From the NCBI GenBank assembly GCA_023898625.1, contig CP060231.1, positions 481,890 through 545,889 of the forward strand: DNA of 64,000 nucleotides, in the 5' to 3' direction. The stretch comes from Candidatus Nomurabacteria bacterium (GTDB lineage: Bacteria; Patescibacteriota; Saccharimonadia; Saccharimonadales; JAGQNJ01). The position numbers and the translations under genes were made by a program. The notes beneath the pieces are model-generated. The model worked only from the letters and a program-made list of their open reading frames with translations, had not been told where the DNA came from and did no database searches. Positions 34,105 to 43,601 of this stretch are shown piece after piece; positions within the stretch are counted from its first letter, which is position 1, and each line of letters begins with the position of its first letter.

Positions 34105-35356
34105 AGATGTATTATTTTACACGTTTGCTTTCATAGCAATTCTGAATACAATTCATTTTGGGTTATATATAGCTGGTGCAAATTTTTACGATATTCGTGA
34201 GGCGTTACGAAAGAAAAAGCCACATAAAAAGCAAAGAGGATTAAGGCCATTACTAACCTTAGTGATTCCAGCTCATAATGAGGAGGCAGGAATAGTAAGG
34301 ACTCTAGAATCAGTTCGAAAAAATACGTACCGTAAGTTACAAATTTTGGTTGTCGACGATGCGTCTACCGACAATACACGTGGCTTGGTTTGGCGATACA
34401 TAAATGAACACCCACATATGAATATTCAGCTAGTCTGTATGAAAAAAAATGTCGGTAAGGGAGAGGCTATGAATTATGCCTTACGACATTTTGCGAAAGG
34501 TGATTTATTAATGACTCTCGATGCTGATTCTTTGTTGGCTCGCCGGTCAATTAATAATGCCGTTAAGCATTTTGATGATCCAAACATTGTCGGTTTGGCT
34601 GCTAATGTCAGGGTGCTTGATGACGGAAGTGTGTTGAGTTTAATACAAAAATTTGAACATATGATTGGTTATCGTTCAAAGAAGTTTTATACATTAACCA
34701 ATAGTGAATTTATTATAGGTGGAGTGGCGTCAACTTATCGTATGAATGTAATTCGAGAATCAGGATATTATGATACAGATACACAAACCGAGGATATAGG
34801 TTTAAGTATGAAGTTAACATCAAAAGGAAATACTCAACAGAAAATTATCTATGGGTCTGACGTATTGGCATTAACTGAGGGCGTACAAAGCTACAAAGCT
34901 CTTTTTAAACAGCGTTATCGTTGGAAACTCGGCATGTTACAGAATCTATTAAAATATAAATCTATGGTTGGAAATCCTAGCTCAATGTATAGTAAAACAT
35001 TAACATATTATAGGCTCCCTATGGCATTCACTAGCGAGATTATTTTATTAGTAGAACCTATTCTGTTAATTTATGTAATATATTTGAGCATTATTAATAA
35101 AAATCCATATGCATTGGTCGGAGCATATTTAACAATAACTTTATATATACTGTGGAGCCTCTGGCCTGATGAATATTTGTTGCGTAAAAGCAAGATTCGA
35201 TTGAGTCTATATGCGCCATTTATGTATTTTATGTTTTATGTAATGAATGCCGTTCAGTTGGTTGCAGTTTTGCGATGTATTAAGAATTATAAAAAAGTGT
35301 TGAGAAAAGTTAAAACTGGTGGGGCATGGACATCGCCGGCTAGAGCAACAAATTAG
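34097..35356 (+). CDS. processive family-2 glycosyltransferase (PgaC/IcaA/NodC/cellulose-synthase-like)
   Basis: Overlaps the sortase stop by 8 nt. Motifs are 'VIPAHNEE', 'VVDDASTDNT', 'TLDADS', 'TEDIGLS' and 'QRYRWKLG' (QxxRW). One N-terminal and three or more C-terminal TM helices. Confidence 0.8.
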   Translation: MLKDVLFYTFAFIAILNTIHFGLYIAGANFYDIREALRKKKPHKKQRGLRPLLTLVIPAHNEEAGIVRTLESVRKNTYRKLQILVVDDASTDNTRGLVWRYINEHPHMNIQLVCMKKNVGKGEAMNYALRHFAKGDLLMTLDADSLLARRSINNAVKHFDDPNIVGLAANVRVLDDGSVLSLIQKFEHMIGYRSKKFYTLTNSEFIIGGVASTYRMNVIRESGYYDTDTQTEDIGLSMKLTSKGNTQQKIIYGSDVLALTEGVQSYKALFKQRYRWKLGMLQNLLKYKSMVGNPSSMYSKTLTYYRLPMAFTSEIILLVEPILLIYVIYLSIINKNPYALVGAYLTITLYILWSLWPDEYLLRKSKIRLSLYAPFMYFMFYVMNAVQLVAVLRCIKNYKKVLRKVKTGGAWTSPARATN

Positions 35357-35359
35357 TTA

Positions 35360-36880
35360 TTAAAATTCATGCATGACAGATATCTTAGCGCCTAATGAAT
35401 TAAATCGATCAGCTAGATCTTCATACCCGCGATTAATCGTATAGACATTACGCAACATACTTACTCCACTGCCAGCGAGCATTCCAATCAGAATAATGAC
35501 TGCTGGTCGGATACCGCTAGGTGCTACCATGTCTGCTGGCTTGAATCGTGTTGGGCCATCTACGTACAGGCGATGTGGATCGGCAAGCTCCAATTTTACT
35601 CCAATTTTTTTCATTTCCGTGAACATTAATGCCCTATCTTCATACACCCAATCATGAATCAATGTTCTGCCATGCGCAACAGCAACTATTGGTACAAAGT
35701 AGGGTAGATGGTCGATGTTGAGGCCGGGGAACGGTCTGCCATAAATTTTTTCAGCTGGAGCAATCAATTTGCCATTATGTTTATGAATTGTAATATCGAT
35801 TAAATCAGTCTGGTTGTTGTTTGCCTTATATATCTTAGATTTATCAAACTTGAGACCCATTTTTTCTAGCTTAAGAAGCTCTAGTTCGAGAAAATCAATC
35901 GGTACTCGTTTTATGGTGATTGACGAATTTGTAACAATTGAAGCCGTAATAAACGTCATTGCCTCAACAGGGTCTTCACTTGGATAATAGGTGACGTTTT
36001 TCTTGATATTTTTGATGCCACGAATTCTTAGAGTGCTTGTTCCTATGCCGTCTATTTTTACGCCCAAACGTCTCAAGAAAAAGCAGATATCTTGAACCAT
36101 ATAATTGGCGCTGGCCATTTTTATGATAGTTTCACCATCAAAACGAGAGGCTGCCATGAGGATGTTTTCTGTTGTGGTATCGCCAGATTCATACAATACT
36201 ATTGGCTCTGTGGGTTGTTTTTTCTGCACAGTCACTTTATATACACCTGTCTTTGTGTCAACAGATACCCCAAACTCTTCAAGAGCGTATAAGTGGGGTA
36301 GAACAGTACGTTTGCCTAGCTCACAACCCCCTGCGTAAGGAATATCAAACCTCGTCATTAAATGCATTAATGGCCCCATTAACATAATTACGCTTCTGGT
36401 GCGTCGGGCCGCAGATTTATCAATATTGTCTATGTTAAGTTTTTCTGGAGGTTTGATCTCGATATCATTGCCAATCCAGCGCACAGCTACACCAATACTT
36501 CGTAAAACCTCTATAATTCTGTTAACTTCTTCAATGTGTGGCGCACTTTTAATGCGAGTCGTACCTTTGTTTAATAAGCTTGCACAAAGTAGGGCTACTG
36601 TAGCATTCTTAGAGCTTTTGACTGAAATTTCTCCATGTAGCTCATGACCACCCTCAACTCTTAAATTGATTGCACCACTTGAAATGTTTATCAAAGGCTT
36701 GTTAAGTACATCACTAATACGTGCCAAATAATCTAGGCTTAAGTTTTGGCCACCATGCTCAATGCGATTAACGGCAGATTGGCTAGTTTTTAGCTGTTTA
36801 GCAAACTCCGCTTGGGTTAAGCCTCGTTCTTGCCTTATTTGATAAATAAGCTTGCCGATTTTTTCGTTATTCGATTGCAT
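35360..36880 (-). CDS. murA: UDP-N-acetylglucosamine 1-carboxyvinyltransferase with N-terminal XRE-type HTH domain
   Basis: Residues 1-65, 'IRQERGLTQAEFAKQLKTSQSAVNRIEHG', form an HTH_3 domain. The remainder is MurA: 'SSKNATVALLCASLL' and the catalytic-loop Cys in 'YAGGCELGKRTV'. 506 aa against roughly 420 for a typical MurA. Confidence 0.85.
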   Translation of the reverse strand: MQSNNEKIGKLIYQIRQERGLTQAEFAKQLKTSQSAVNRIEHGGQNLSLDYLARISDVLNKPLINISSGAINLRVEGGHELHGEISVKSSKNATVALLCASLLNKGTTRIKSAPHIEEVNRIIEVLRSIGVAVRWIGNDIEIKPPEKLNIDNIDKSAARRTRSVIMLMGPLMHLMTRFDIPYAGGCELGKRTVLPHLYALEEFGVSVDTKTGVYKVTVQKKQPTEPIVLYESGDTTTENILMAASRFDGETIIKMASANYMVQDICFFLRRLGVKIDGIGTSTLRIRGIKNIKKNVTYYPSEDPVEAMTFITASIVTNSSITIKRVPIDFLELELLKLEKMGLKFDKSKIYKANNNQTDLIDITIHKHNGKLIAPAEKIYGRPFPGLNIDHLPYFVPIVAVAHGRTLIHDWVYEDRALMFTEMKKIGVKLELADPHRLYVDGPTRFKPADMVAPSGIRPAVIILIGMLAGSGVSMLRNVYTINRGYEDLADRFNSLGAKISVMHEF

Positions 36881-37013
36881 GTGCGATAATTATATCATTA
36901 TTGATGTTTAATCTAAATGTATTTTTTGGTTTTCGTTAATCTGTAAATACAGTACAATAAAGATATGATATAGCGCAAGTGGATTACTGAACAGAAATTA
37001 ATTAGGAGATATT

Positions 37014-38291
37014 ATGAAGGATAGTAAAGTTGCGCAGGCTATAAAAGATGAAGAAATCAGGCAGAGGACCGGTCTGGAGCTCATACCGTCAGAGAATTAT
37101 GTTAGCAGAGATGTGCTGGATGCCTTAGGAAGTATATTTACGAATAAGTATTCTGAAGGTTATCCTGGTAAACGTTATTATGGTGGGCAAGAAAATACAG
37201 ATATTGTTGAGCAACTAGCGATAGATCGAGCAAAAGATTTATTTAATTCTGATCATGCTAATGTTCAGCCACATAGTGGGGCCCCGGCTAATATCGCAGT
37301 TTATCAGGCATGGCTCGAGCCTGGCGACACGGTTATGGCTATGCGTTTAGATCACGGTGGCCACTTGACGCACGGCCATCCAATAACAAGTAGTTCAAAA
37401 CTGTATAACTTCGTTAGATACGGAATAAAAGATATTGAAACTGGCGAGATTGATTATGAGGCGATGCGAGAAGTCGCGCTCCGGGAGAAGCCCAAAATTA
37501 TTCTGGCTGGTTTTAGTGGATATCCTCGTAATTTAGATTACGCTAAATTTGCTGAAATAGGCAAAGAGGTGAACGCAATGCTAATGGCAGACATTGCTCA
37601 TATTGCTGGATTAATCGCAGGTAAGGCCTTACCTAACCCATTTGACTTTGGATTTCATGTAATGACTAGCACGACACATAAAACTTTGCGAGGACCTCGA
37701 GGTGGCCTGATTTTAAGTCGGGGCAGGGTTGGTAATCCACTCAAGGCGCCAGAAAAAACTATTAAAAATCTACCAACACTGATTGATCGAGAGGTTTTTC
37801 CAGGATTTCAAGGTGGTCCCCACATGCATACGATTGCAGCAAAAGCTATCGCTTTTGGAGAAGCTCAACAAATAGAATTTCAGGAATATTCTAAACAAGT
37901 ACTTTTAAATGCAAAAAGTTTAGCCAAAGAACTAATCAAACAAGGATTTAAACTAGTTACAAATGGTACAGACAATCATTTAATACAAATAGACATGATG
38001 ACTAGCTATAAAATTGACGGGCGTGAAGCTCAAGATTTATTTGATTCTATTGGGCTAACTGCTAACTGCAATGCTATTCCTAACGATAAGCTACCACCTT
38101 ATCGACCCAGTGGCTTGCGCATTGGAACACCAGCTATTACTACTCGTGGGTTAAAGGAGTCAGATATGGCGACAGTTGCTGAGTGGATGAAGCAAGCTAT
38201 AGCCTCAAAAGATGACCCCAAGAGTTTATCTAATATTAAGCAAGAGGTTGCAGAATTCGCCATCCAGTTTCCATTACCTAGCGACAAATAG
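37014..38291 (+). CDS. glyA: serine hydroxymethyltransferase
   Basis: RBS AGGAG. Motifs 'YSEGYPGKRYYGG' and 'TSTTHKTLRGPRGG' (PLP lysine). Confidence 0.95.
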   Translation: MKDSKVAQAIKDEEIRQRTGLELIPSENYVSRDVLDALGSIFTNKYSEGYPGKRYYGGQENTDIVEQLAIDRAKDLFNSDHANVQPHSGAPANIAVYQAWLEPGDTVMAMRLDHGGHLTHGHPITSSSKLYNFVRYGIKDIETGEIDYEAMREVALREKPKIILAGFSGYPRNLDYAKFAEIGKEVNAMLMADIAHIAGLIAGKALPNPFDFGFHVMTSTTHKTLRGPRGGLILSRGRVGNPLKAPEKTIKNLPTLIDREVFPGFQGGPHMHTIAAKAIAFGEAQQIEFQEYSKQVLLNAKSLAKELIKQGFKLVTNGTDNHLIQIDMMTSYKIDGREAQDLFDSIGLTANCNAIPNDKLPPYRPSGLRIGTPAITTRGLKESDMATVAEWMKQAIASKDDPKSLSNIKQEVAEFAIQFPLPSDK

Positions 38292-39320
38292 TTAGATTAG
38301 TTCTGGTTCTTGTTGAAGCTTAATGTTAAATTCGTGGTAAACGGCGTTCATAATCTTTTGCTTAAAGATTAGTAAATCATTGGTTGTTTTAGCTGTTTCG
38401 TTTACTAACACTAACGCTTGATTTTTCCATAATGCCATACCAGTTTCAAGGTCTTGGTGGCCTTTTTTATAGCCCGCTTGTTCGATTAACCAAGCAGAGG
38501 ATAGTTTTATTCCACTGGCCATTTCCCAATGTGGTGCATCGGGGTATTTAGCTAAAATCTTTTGCGCTTGCGTTTTGTTTATGATTGGGTTAGCAAAGAA
38601 AGAACCATTATTGGCGATTTTATCTGGGTTGGGCAATTTACTCTCTCTAATGCTTATGATTGCCTTGCGAATATTTTTTGGAGTGTACGACGTTATCTTT
38701 TTGTCATTAAGATATTTTTGTAGGCTTTCGTAAAATGGGGGTTTTTGGTTTTGCTTATGAAGTTTACAAGTGATCGATACGATAACGTAACGACCTTTCT
38801 GTGATGACTTAAAACAACTGTCGCGATATGCAAATTCACATTGTTTGTTAGAGAGAGTTCTGAATAGATGTTGTTTTTTATCGTATACCCGAACCGAAAC
38901 TAACGTATCCTTAAGCTCTGTACCGTACGCACCGATGTTTTGCACTGGACTTGCTCCAACCGTTCCTGGTATGAGAGATAAATTTTCCAGGCCACTATAT
39001 CCTATTTCAACCGTCTTTCTGACAGAATCATCCCAATTCTCTCCTGCACCCATGGTAAAAAGAGCAGTGTTTGATCCGCCAATTTCTTGTACCTGCCATT
39101 GCCTTATTCTATTAACTATAACGAGACCACCAAATCCACTGTCGCGCCACACAATATTGCTACCGGCGCCGATTGTTATAGTATCTAGGATATGTTGTTC
39201 GGCCCAAGTAAGGGCTTCGGTTAGCTGATTAATGCTGTTTATTTGTACAAGGTAGCGCGCATCTCCGCCAAGACGCATAGAGCTAAAATTCTTAAGACTT
39301 ACATTAGATTGAATATCCAT
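38292..39320 (-). CDS. murB: UDP-N-acetylenolpyruvoylglucosamine reductase
   Basis: The FAD-binding N-terminus has 'SSMRLGGDARYL' and 'IGAGSNIV'. A MurB C-terminal domain is present. Its stop abuts the glyA stop (38291/38292). Confidence 0.85.
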   Translation of the reverse strand: MDIQSNVSLKNFSSMRLGGDARYLVQINSINQLTEALTWAEQHILDTITIGAGSNIVWRDSGFGGLVIVNRIRQWQVQEIGGSNTALFTMGAGENWDDSVRKTVEIGYSGLENLSLIPGTVGASPVQNIGAYGTELKDTLVSVRVYDKKQHLFRTLSNKQCEFAYRDSCFKSSQKGRYVIVSITCKLHKQNQKPPFYESLQKYLNDKKITSYTPKNIRKAIISIRESKLPNPDKIANNGSFFANPIINKTQAQKILAKYPDAPHWEMASGIKLSSAWLIEQAGYKKGHQDLETGMALWKNQALVLVNETAKTTNDLLIFKQKIMNAVYHEFNIKLQQEPELI

Positions 39321-39383
39321 ACGGGTATATTATAGACGGTTTTGCTTGCATTTTGTACGATCAACAGCGTAACATAGTAGCGT

Positions 39384-39950
39384 ATGGGAGAATCTACGCC
39401 TTATAAAGTTATTGGTCTGCGCCTTAAGAATCTGCGAGAACAAGCAAAAGAAAGTTTGCTAGAAGTTAGTGGTGCTGTTGAGGTCGACTTAGATCTACTC
39501 AAAGATATTGAGGCCGGAAAACGTTTACCAGATGAGGATGTGTTATTAATGTTGATTAATCACTTTAAAGTATCAGATCAAGAATCAATGAAGCTCTGGG
39601 AGTTGGCAGGATATGGAAAAGATGCTGACAAAGAACCATTGATTGATGAGCAACTCTTAAAACAGATAACTATGGTTATACCGATAGACAATAAAGTTGC
39701 TTTTACAGACTCTGCTAGAGTTAGCTCAAATATCAATGGCGTGACAATTGACTTTACTGTCATGGCAGGCAACACAAAACCACAAACAGTTTCAAGAGTG
39801 GGTATGAGTCTGGATCAGGCAATACAACTTTCAAAACTCATAGAAATGGCAGTAAAGGTAGCAAAACAGCCCAGAGCGCCACTACAATTACCACCTGGCG
39901 ATAATAAACGCGAGCTTCATCAAAAAACAGATAAGAATAATCCTAAATAA
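39384..39950 (+). CDS. HTH (XRE-like) domain protein with uncharacterised C-terminal domain
   Basis: 'IGLRLKNLREQAKESLLEVSGAVEVDLDLLKDIEAGKRLP' is HTH_3-like. It is divergent from murB. Confidence 0.45.
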   Translation: MGESTPYKVIGLRLKNLREQAKESLLEVSGAVEVDLDLLKDIEAGKRLPDEDVLLMLINHFKVSDQESMKLWELAGYGKDADKEPLIDEQLLKQITMVIPIDNKVAFTDSARVSSNINGVTIDFTVMAGNTKPQTVSRVGMSLDQAIQLSKLIEMAVKVAKQPRAPLQLPPGDNKRELHQKTDKNNPK

Positions 39951-40025
39951 TCTGTTATAATATACATTGTTATTTTGCCATGTGCTAGATAACTTTAGGA
40001 TTGCATTACGATTTTGCGCCAACTC

Positions 40026-40102
40026 GCACCGGTAGCTCAGCGGATTAGAGCACTTGTCTTCGGAACAAGGGGTCGGGGGTTCGAATCCCTCCCGGTGTAC
40101 CA
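40026..40102 (+). tRNA. tRNA-Arg (anticodon UCG), CCA encoded
   Basis: Hand-folded 77 nt. The acceptor is GCACCGG/CCGGTGT (G1:U72 wobble), the anticodon stem-loop is CTTGT-CTTCGGA-ACAAG, and the T arm is GGGGG-TTCGAAT-CCCTC. Confidence 0.9.
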
Positions 40103-40124
40103 CAACGAAATCTTTCAAGAAATG

Positions 40125-40146
40125 CCACCCTCTAGGGTGGTTTTTA
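40125..40146 (+). terminator. intrinsic terminator after tRNA-Arg
   Basis: CCACCC-TCTA-GGGTGG followed by TTTTTA. Confidence 0.6.
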
Positions 40147-40196
40147 TGCTTTGATAAAACTTGAATCACACTTGGTCGTTCATTATACTGGCCAGT

Positions 40197-40550
40197 ATGA
40201 GAAGAAAAAAATACCTAGAGATGGTGGTAATTCTGGTGGTATCCTTGGGGTTGTCGATTTTTCTATATCGGAGCGAAGTAAGCTACAACTCTAATCCATG
40301 CATTAGCCCTAGTGCTTGCGAAGAAACAATTCTAGGCACTAAGACAGAGAAATGGCTAGGCTTTCCGGCATATTATAAAATTCATGTAACATTTGTGCCA
40401 AACGAAGACACTAATCAAGGTTTTGAGAGCTTAGGAGGAGATACTCAATACAATATGATTTTAATCAATACTCTATTTTGGGCTTTTGCTATATACGGTA
40501 GTGCACAAATTGTATATTTCTTAGTTAAGAAAAATAAATCAAAGAAATAA
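40197..40550 (+). CDS. small two-TM membrane protein
   Basis: ATG 40197 is chosen over the listed TTG 40161. 'MVVILVVSLGLSIFLY' and 'LINTLFWAFAIYGSAQIVYFLV' are the hydrophobic segments. Confidence 0.4.
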   Translation: MRRKKYLEMVVILVVSLGLSIFLYRSEVSYNSNPCISPSACEETILGTKTEKWLGFPAYYKIHVTFVPNEDTNQGFESLGGDTQYNMILINTLFWAFAIYGSAQIVYFLVKKNKSKK

Positions 40551-40765
40551 GTTTGATAATTATTTCAAACTGTTGTTTTGTTTATTTAAGGCACAATATA
40601 GGGTTGAGTGCATAGCATACATTTGGTAGTTTTAAAAATTATGATCAATCAATTAAGAGTTTACCAAACTAAGCCAGATCTTAATCCATGGCATGGTATC
40701 AGCTTTCTTGATGATATAACATCATATGAACTGGGAGTATCAGACTCGAATATGTACTGAGATAA

Positions 40766-41104
40766 TCATTGTAAAGGTGGATTCTCTGGAGGTTGTTGAT
40801 TATTTGTGTGGTTTTCTCCTATTTGTGTTGGTGTATTTGACTGCTGTTGGTTTTGCGATAGAACATTTGATGCTGGGACTTGAGGCTGTGGTGCTGTTTG
40901 TGGGGTGGTAGTCTCATTGAACTGGGCTTTGACTTTCCTGTTCTTTTTCTTTTGCATAACAACTACAACAATAACGGCGATTAGAATACTTATTGTTCCT
41001 AGTATAGCTACTGATATAAGGGTGCTATTTGATTTTTGCTTAGTTGGAGGAGTATAAGGTATTGTTGTATCAATGGTATTGCTTGTTTGCGCTAATGTAT
41101 CCAT
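40766..41104 (-). CDS. single-TM membrane protein (Gln/Pro-rich tail), last gene of the pilin operon
   Basis: 'LISVAILGTISILIAVIVVVVM' followed by a basic stretch and a QP-rich C-terminus. Confidence 0.4.
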   Translation of the reverse strand: MDTLAQTSNTIDTTIPYTPPTKQKSNSTLISVAILGTISILIAVIVVVVMQKKKNRKVKAQFNETTTPQTAPQPQVPASNVLSQNQQQSNTPTQIGENHTNNQQPPENPPLQ

Positions 41105-41149
41105 GTATCAAGAATAACATTCGTATATCATAAAGCTCAAGCGCAGAAA

Positions 41150-41518
41150 CTATTCTTGGTCTTTGAGGTCTTGGACTTCTTTTGTGGTATCTATTAACTG
41201 TTTTACAGTATCATCGTTACTGGTCTTTTCTGCACCAGATCCACTCAATATAGACCTGGAAATAAATAAACCAATAATACTAACAATAAGTGATAGCACG
41301 ATGTAAATTAATGTTTTTTTGGAAATGAAGTGTTTAATTTCTGGTTGTTGTTTCTCTTGCATCTTGGAGTCGAGTAACGCCATACTGGCAAGTGCCTGAG
41401 CGTATTTATCGTCCTTTTTGTTGTCATGAACGTTAGAAGTTTGCCCTAATGTACTGTTCTCGTTAATAGGAGCTGAAGAAGGGGTATCTGTTTTGTTGGT
41501 TGGGTAACTTGGCTCCAT
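41150..41518 (-). CDS. single-TM membrane protein in the pilin operon
   Basis: 'LIYIVLSLIVSIIGLFI'. It starts 3 nt after the upstream stop. Confidence 0.4.
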   Translation of the reverse strand: MEPSYPTNKTDTPSSAPINENSTLGQTSNVHDNKKDDKYAQALASMALLDSKMQEKQQPEIKHFISKKTLIYIVLSLIVSIIGLFISRSILSGSGAEKTSNDDTVKQLIDTTKEVQDLKDQE

Positions 41519-41521
41519 GAT

Positions 41522-42949
41522 TTAATCCGGGAATGACTCTTGATAACTACTGATAGTCCAAGTTCGGTTTCCTGATGATAATTCAGTTCCAAAGGTGACG
41601 GTTCCAGCGCCGCTTAAGTCGATGGTTTGGCCAGCGGCTGCACCGATATTTCCACTACCGCCAATGGTAATTTTTCCCCAGTAAGATTGAAAAATCATGC
41701 CAGGCAAGTTAGCTGCACCACCTACTGAAACAGTTTGTAGGGTTTGACTATTCTTTAGATCGTTACCCGATAAGCTAGTACAGTTTGGGTTACAGCTAGC
41801 ATTTGTCTTAAAACTAATAAAATGTGCTCCAGTACCCGAGGAGTTAGATATTATCTGCGCCGAACCACCTGTAGTTATGTTGCCATCAGTAATAATCATT
41901 GGTCGGGTTGTGCCAACTCCGTCGGCAATTCTTACCTTTGCGGCGCCATTGATTGTCAGGTTTCCAGTGATGTATACATTGCCATTAATGGTTACATCAC
42001 AACTGCCTCCTATGGTTACGTTTCCTGTTAGCTCTAAATTAGCAGGCCAGGTTCGAGTGAACGGCCAATTTTTACAAACGTAAGTGTTGCTATTACCGGA
42101 TCCTGTAGTTGTTACTGATGCAATTTGTCCCGCTCGGTCATAACTCGGTGGCTGTACTGGTGGTGCGGTACAGCCAGTTTTAAGGCCTTCACCGGTGCTT
42201 CCTGGCAAAATGTTTCCGCTAGGGTTTCCGCTAGGGTAATTATTACTAGTCTGGTTGGTTGCACAGACCGTTCCGTAGATAGCCGTACTCCAAGCTGTAG
42301 AGATTGGCTGACCAGAAGAACAAACCGTTGGATAGGTTGGTCCAGGGTTGTTTCCGGCAGGACAAGAATTATAGGCCACATTTACATTAACGGGTTGCGC
42401 ATAAGTCCCAATTTTAGCAGATCCATTCATTGTTATGGTACCGTTAACGTAGACATCTGAGTTTGTGATATTTGCACTACCTCCAAGTATTAGCCCTCCT
42501 GGCCCAGAATGTACTGAATATCCGGTTGAGCTTGTCCCAACTATGGTTACTTTAACAATACGCGTTCCAATTGGGTTTGTTGTTTGATTGTAGCGATAAA
42601 CTTTTCCTGTTGAAGTAATAATCTTAGCGTTAGTATCACCAGGATCGTCGGTCACCGTTGAGGTATAAACTCCTCGACCCTGGGTAGTGTTATTGAAGAA
42701 AACCTGTTCAGTTGTATCACCAGTAAAATTCTCATTTTGATTTAACTGAAGCATTGCTTGTTCTACTCCAGCTTCGGCTACCATCAAAGAGTTGGCGGTG
42801 TAAACTTTGTTGTTGCTGATGGTAAATTGACTAATAGATAGGCTAGCTATCGAAAATCCTATAATAATCAGAACGCCCGCAATAATCATAATACTAATGA
42901 GTAGCATTCCATTTTGGTTTTTGTTAAGGCTGTTTGCTTTCTTAATCAT
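41522..42949 (-). CDS. large PilX-like minor pilin / pilus-tip protein with beta-helix-like repeats
   Basis: The N-terminal hydrophobic helix 'GMLLISIMIIAGVLIIIGFSIASLSISQ' and 'AEAGVEQAM' are PilX_N-like. The repeats include 'GSANITNSDVYVNGTITMNGSAKIG', 'GNVTIGGSCDVTINGNVYITGNLTINGAAKV' and 'ITDGNITTGGSAQI'. Confidence 0.5.
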   Translation of the reverse strand: MIKKANSLNKNQNGMLLISIMIIAGVLIIIGFSIASLSISQFTISNNKVYTANSLMVAEAGVEQAMLQLNQNENFTGDTTEQVFFNNTTQGRGVYTSTVTDDPGDTNAKIITSTGKVYRYNQTTNPIGTRIVKVTIVGTSSTGYSVHSGPGGLILGGSANITNSDVYVNGTITMNGSAKIGTYAQPVNVNVAYNSCPAGNNPGPTYPTVCSSGQPISTAWSTAIYGTVCATNQTSNNYPSGNPSGNILPGSTGEGLKTGCTAPPVQPPSYDRAGQIASVTTTGSGNSNTYVCKNWPFTRTWPANLELTGNVTIGGSCDVTINGNVYITGNLTINGAAKVRIADGVGTTRPMIITDGNITTGGSAQIISNSSGTGAHFISFKTNASCNPNCTSLSGNDLKNSQTLQTVSVGGAANLPGMIFQSYWGKITIGGSGNIGAAAGQTIDLSGAGTVTFGTELSSGNRTWTISSYQESFPD

Positions 42950-43601
42950 TTCTAAACACCATTCTTGTTGAATATTCTACTGATAGTGGTTGACCATAAG
43001 AAGTCTTTTGTAGTTTAACAAATAATTCGACAGACCGTGCTTCTGTGGGTGTCACTTCTGCGTTTTGGTCGTTATAGTATTTGACCTGGAATGTCTCAAT
43101 ATTACTTAACAATTTTCTGTCAGCGGGACATGTTTCGGTCGCCTGGGGTGGTGGGCAGGTAGTTTTTGTGGTATTTCCAGAAACGTCATTTGCTAAAGTG
43201 CGCTTATACAGAGTGCCGTTGTCTAGATAGTAAACATTGTTATCTTTTTCAGAAATATACAGTGCGGGGTCTGCAAAAATAATATCACCATTAGTATCTT
43301 CTACTGCTGTGGCTAAAATTAATGTATCAGAGTCTGAAAGCCAGCTTAGTTTATCATCAGGGGCTCCAGGTGCATTATCATCAGATATTCTGTTATTAAG
43401 ATCGGCATTGCCCGATAGCCTTATATCATTGTTAATAACATCTAAACCTGCTTGAGCTTCGTTGAGCAGATCCGTTCTTACTTCAGTCTTAGCATATTGA
43501 ACCAAGCTGTTCATAGCAAAAGTCAACACTACTCCCATAAGTAAGGCTGTCAGGCCGATCGTTATCATAAGCTCTACCAAGGTAAATCCGTTATCTTTCA
43601 T
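42942..43601 (-). CDS. prepilin-type N-terminal cleavage/methylation domain protein (PilW/GspJ-like minor pilin)
   Basis: 'MKDNGFTLVELMITIGLTALLMGVV' matches the G|FTLxE class III signal. Confidence 0.7.
   Translation of the reverse strand: MKDNGFTLVELMITIGLTALLMGVVLTFAMNSLVQYAKTEVRTDLLNEAQAGLDVINNDIRLSGNADLNNRISDDNAPGAPDDKLSWLSDSDTLILATAVEDTNGDIIFADPALYISEKDNNVYYLDNGTLYKRTLANDVSGNTTKTTCPPPQATETCPADRKLLSNIETFQVKYYNDQNAEVTPTEARSVELFVKLQKTSYGQPLSVEYSTRMVFRND

Noticed and set aside
36881-37013. Looked for a glycine or THF riboswitch upstream of glyA
   Set aside because: The region is AT-rich, with no conserved riboswitch core sequences or convincing stems.
39888-40169. ORFs overlapping tRNA genes (39888..40169, 27528..27770, 26389..26589)
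   Set aside because: Each is laid over a confidently folded tRNA and its terminator. They are not credible coding regions.
40641-40760. 39-aa plus-strand ORF (MINQLRVYQTKPDLNPWHGISFLDDITSYELGVSDSNMY)
   Set aside because: It has no RBS, no motif and no coupling to neighbours. It is indistinguishable from chance.
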